Shown: positions 63,001-64,000 of the stretch, one piece after another
Position numbering within the stretch: the first letter of the stretch is position 1
Layout of the letters: each line of letters begins with the position of its first letter
DNA from: Haplodiscus bocki
Lineage: Eukaryota
Assembly: GCA_965655095.1 (NCBI GenBank)
Contig: OZ296648.1
Span: 40,300,001 to 40,364,000, forward strand
Direction of reading: 5' to 3'
Length of the DNA: 64,000 bases
The notes under the pieces: model-generated
The model's input: only the letters and a program-made list of their open reading frames with translations
What the model was told of the DNA's origin: nothing
The model's database searches: none
Program-made: the position numbers and the translations under genes

Positions 63001-64000
63001 CGGGACAACAGACGTTTTTGAATACATTGATCAAAATACAAGTAAATTCTTCAATGTTCTTTTTATTTGACTTGGAATGCAATCCCGCCACTTTAATGCC
63101 ATTGTTTTCTTTCCATCTAATTTTTCACTGTCAGTTCATTCATGAAGTGCTAGTTTTACAATAAAAAAGTAACCAAAGTTTTTCGAATGTTCCGTCACTC
63201 TCTTATGATATTCTCTTTTCTGCAAATCTAGTTCTTGGAAACAATGTTTTTCACAAAAATCTAATTAAGTAATCTGTCCTAATGAACTATTACCATTGTC
63301 TTTTTATCAGTTTCTCTTTTACAACTTTTGCTTCTTTTTTCTTTTTAGAGTTTTTTCTGAACTGTATTCCGGGAATGTTCGGAAAAAAAGCCTTTCGAAT
63401 TGTTCTTTTTTTTTCTTTCATTTTCCGTAAATACTTTAACACCAATTCCAAAAGACTTCTGAGAGCCAATGCTCAAAAAAGTAACAATTTTTCCTCTGAT
63501 TCTCAATTTTTTAACTTTTGTGGTTTTCAACACTTTGTCCTTTACTGGTGCATGTTGAAGAATGGTATCTTACGGCTTCTCAACATTTCTTGTAGGAAGG
63601 GCAAATTTTTTTTAATTTTTTGCCTAACGAATGAATCAACAAAAAATAATCATTCACATTCAATGGGAATGAATATCCACTTTCAGCCTCAGAATAAATT
63701 CATACACAAAATTCCTCTGCACTTGGATATAAAGTTTTGGATTGGAATACCATTAATAGTTTTTTCTCCGTGATTCCTTGGTTCCGCCAATCTGTAACAG
63801 GTAGCAGCGGAAAAAGAGGATTGTAACGTCACAAAACTCATTACATCAAGGCACACGCAGGTTGTTCCCGGTAGATTGGTATGCAGTTTTCAATATTGAA
63901 GGGATGTTTCAAATTGATTTTTTGAGAGGATTTGACGTTGTTCCGTGGCTTTTAATTGGCATTCAATGAATGGTGCGAAAACTTGCACACATTGAACTGT
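57011..64000. repeat. 1.25-kb macrosatellite with 2.5-kb dimeric higher-order repeat
   Basis: Marker tagt.gtctgtcca.atgaacta at 57011, 58265, 59520, 60770, 62015, 63267. Adjacent monomers are strongly diverged, but sequence from ~59295 matches ~61790 onward almost perfectly. Confidence 0.93.

Noticed and set aside
59053-63773. ORFs in the 1.25-kb satellite as functional genes
   Set aside because: Frames are not preserved between monomers, several are Phe-rich products of T-rich DNA, and no domain is recognisable.

Overview
AT-rich eukaryotic (animal-like) DNA with one intact host gene and about 58 kb of transposon-derived sequence. (1) A spliced minus-strand gene (5 coding exons, 5232-1157, about 400 aa) encodes a divergent TAK1/MAP3K7-like kinase with a DFN motif. 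(2) A (GA)n tract precedes a decayed Mag-type Ty3/gypsy LTR retrotransposon (5947-10384). (3) A decayed minus-strand LINE with APE, RT and CCHC domains occupies about 10.45-14.25 kb. (4) An imperfect palindrome of about 15 kb (14.3-29.9 kb) consists of two convergent Maverick/Polinton protein-primed PolB pseudogenes. They meet tail-to-tail at two oppositely oriented arrays of a 35-bp repeat (centre about 22,725). (5) A tandem array of 1.5-kb units (29.9-41.8 kb) has a unit that is the RT/3' half of a LINE, and its last unit is interrupted by a templated 1.9-kb copy of nearby sequence. (6) LINE and gag remnants, a Helentron/HINE-like element and a MITE follow. (7) A 1.25-kb macrosatellite forming a 2.5-kb dimeric higher-order repeat runs from 57 kb to the end. 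No rRNA, tRNA or CRISPR is supportable. Identities are by-eye estimates and family calls rest on remembered motifs, not database searches.
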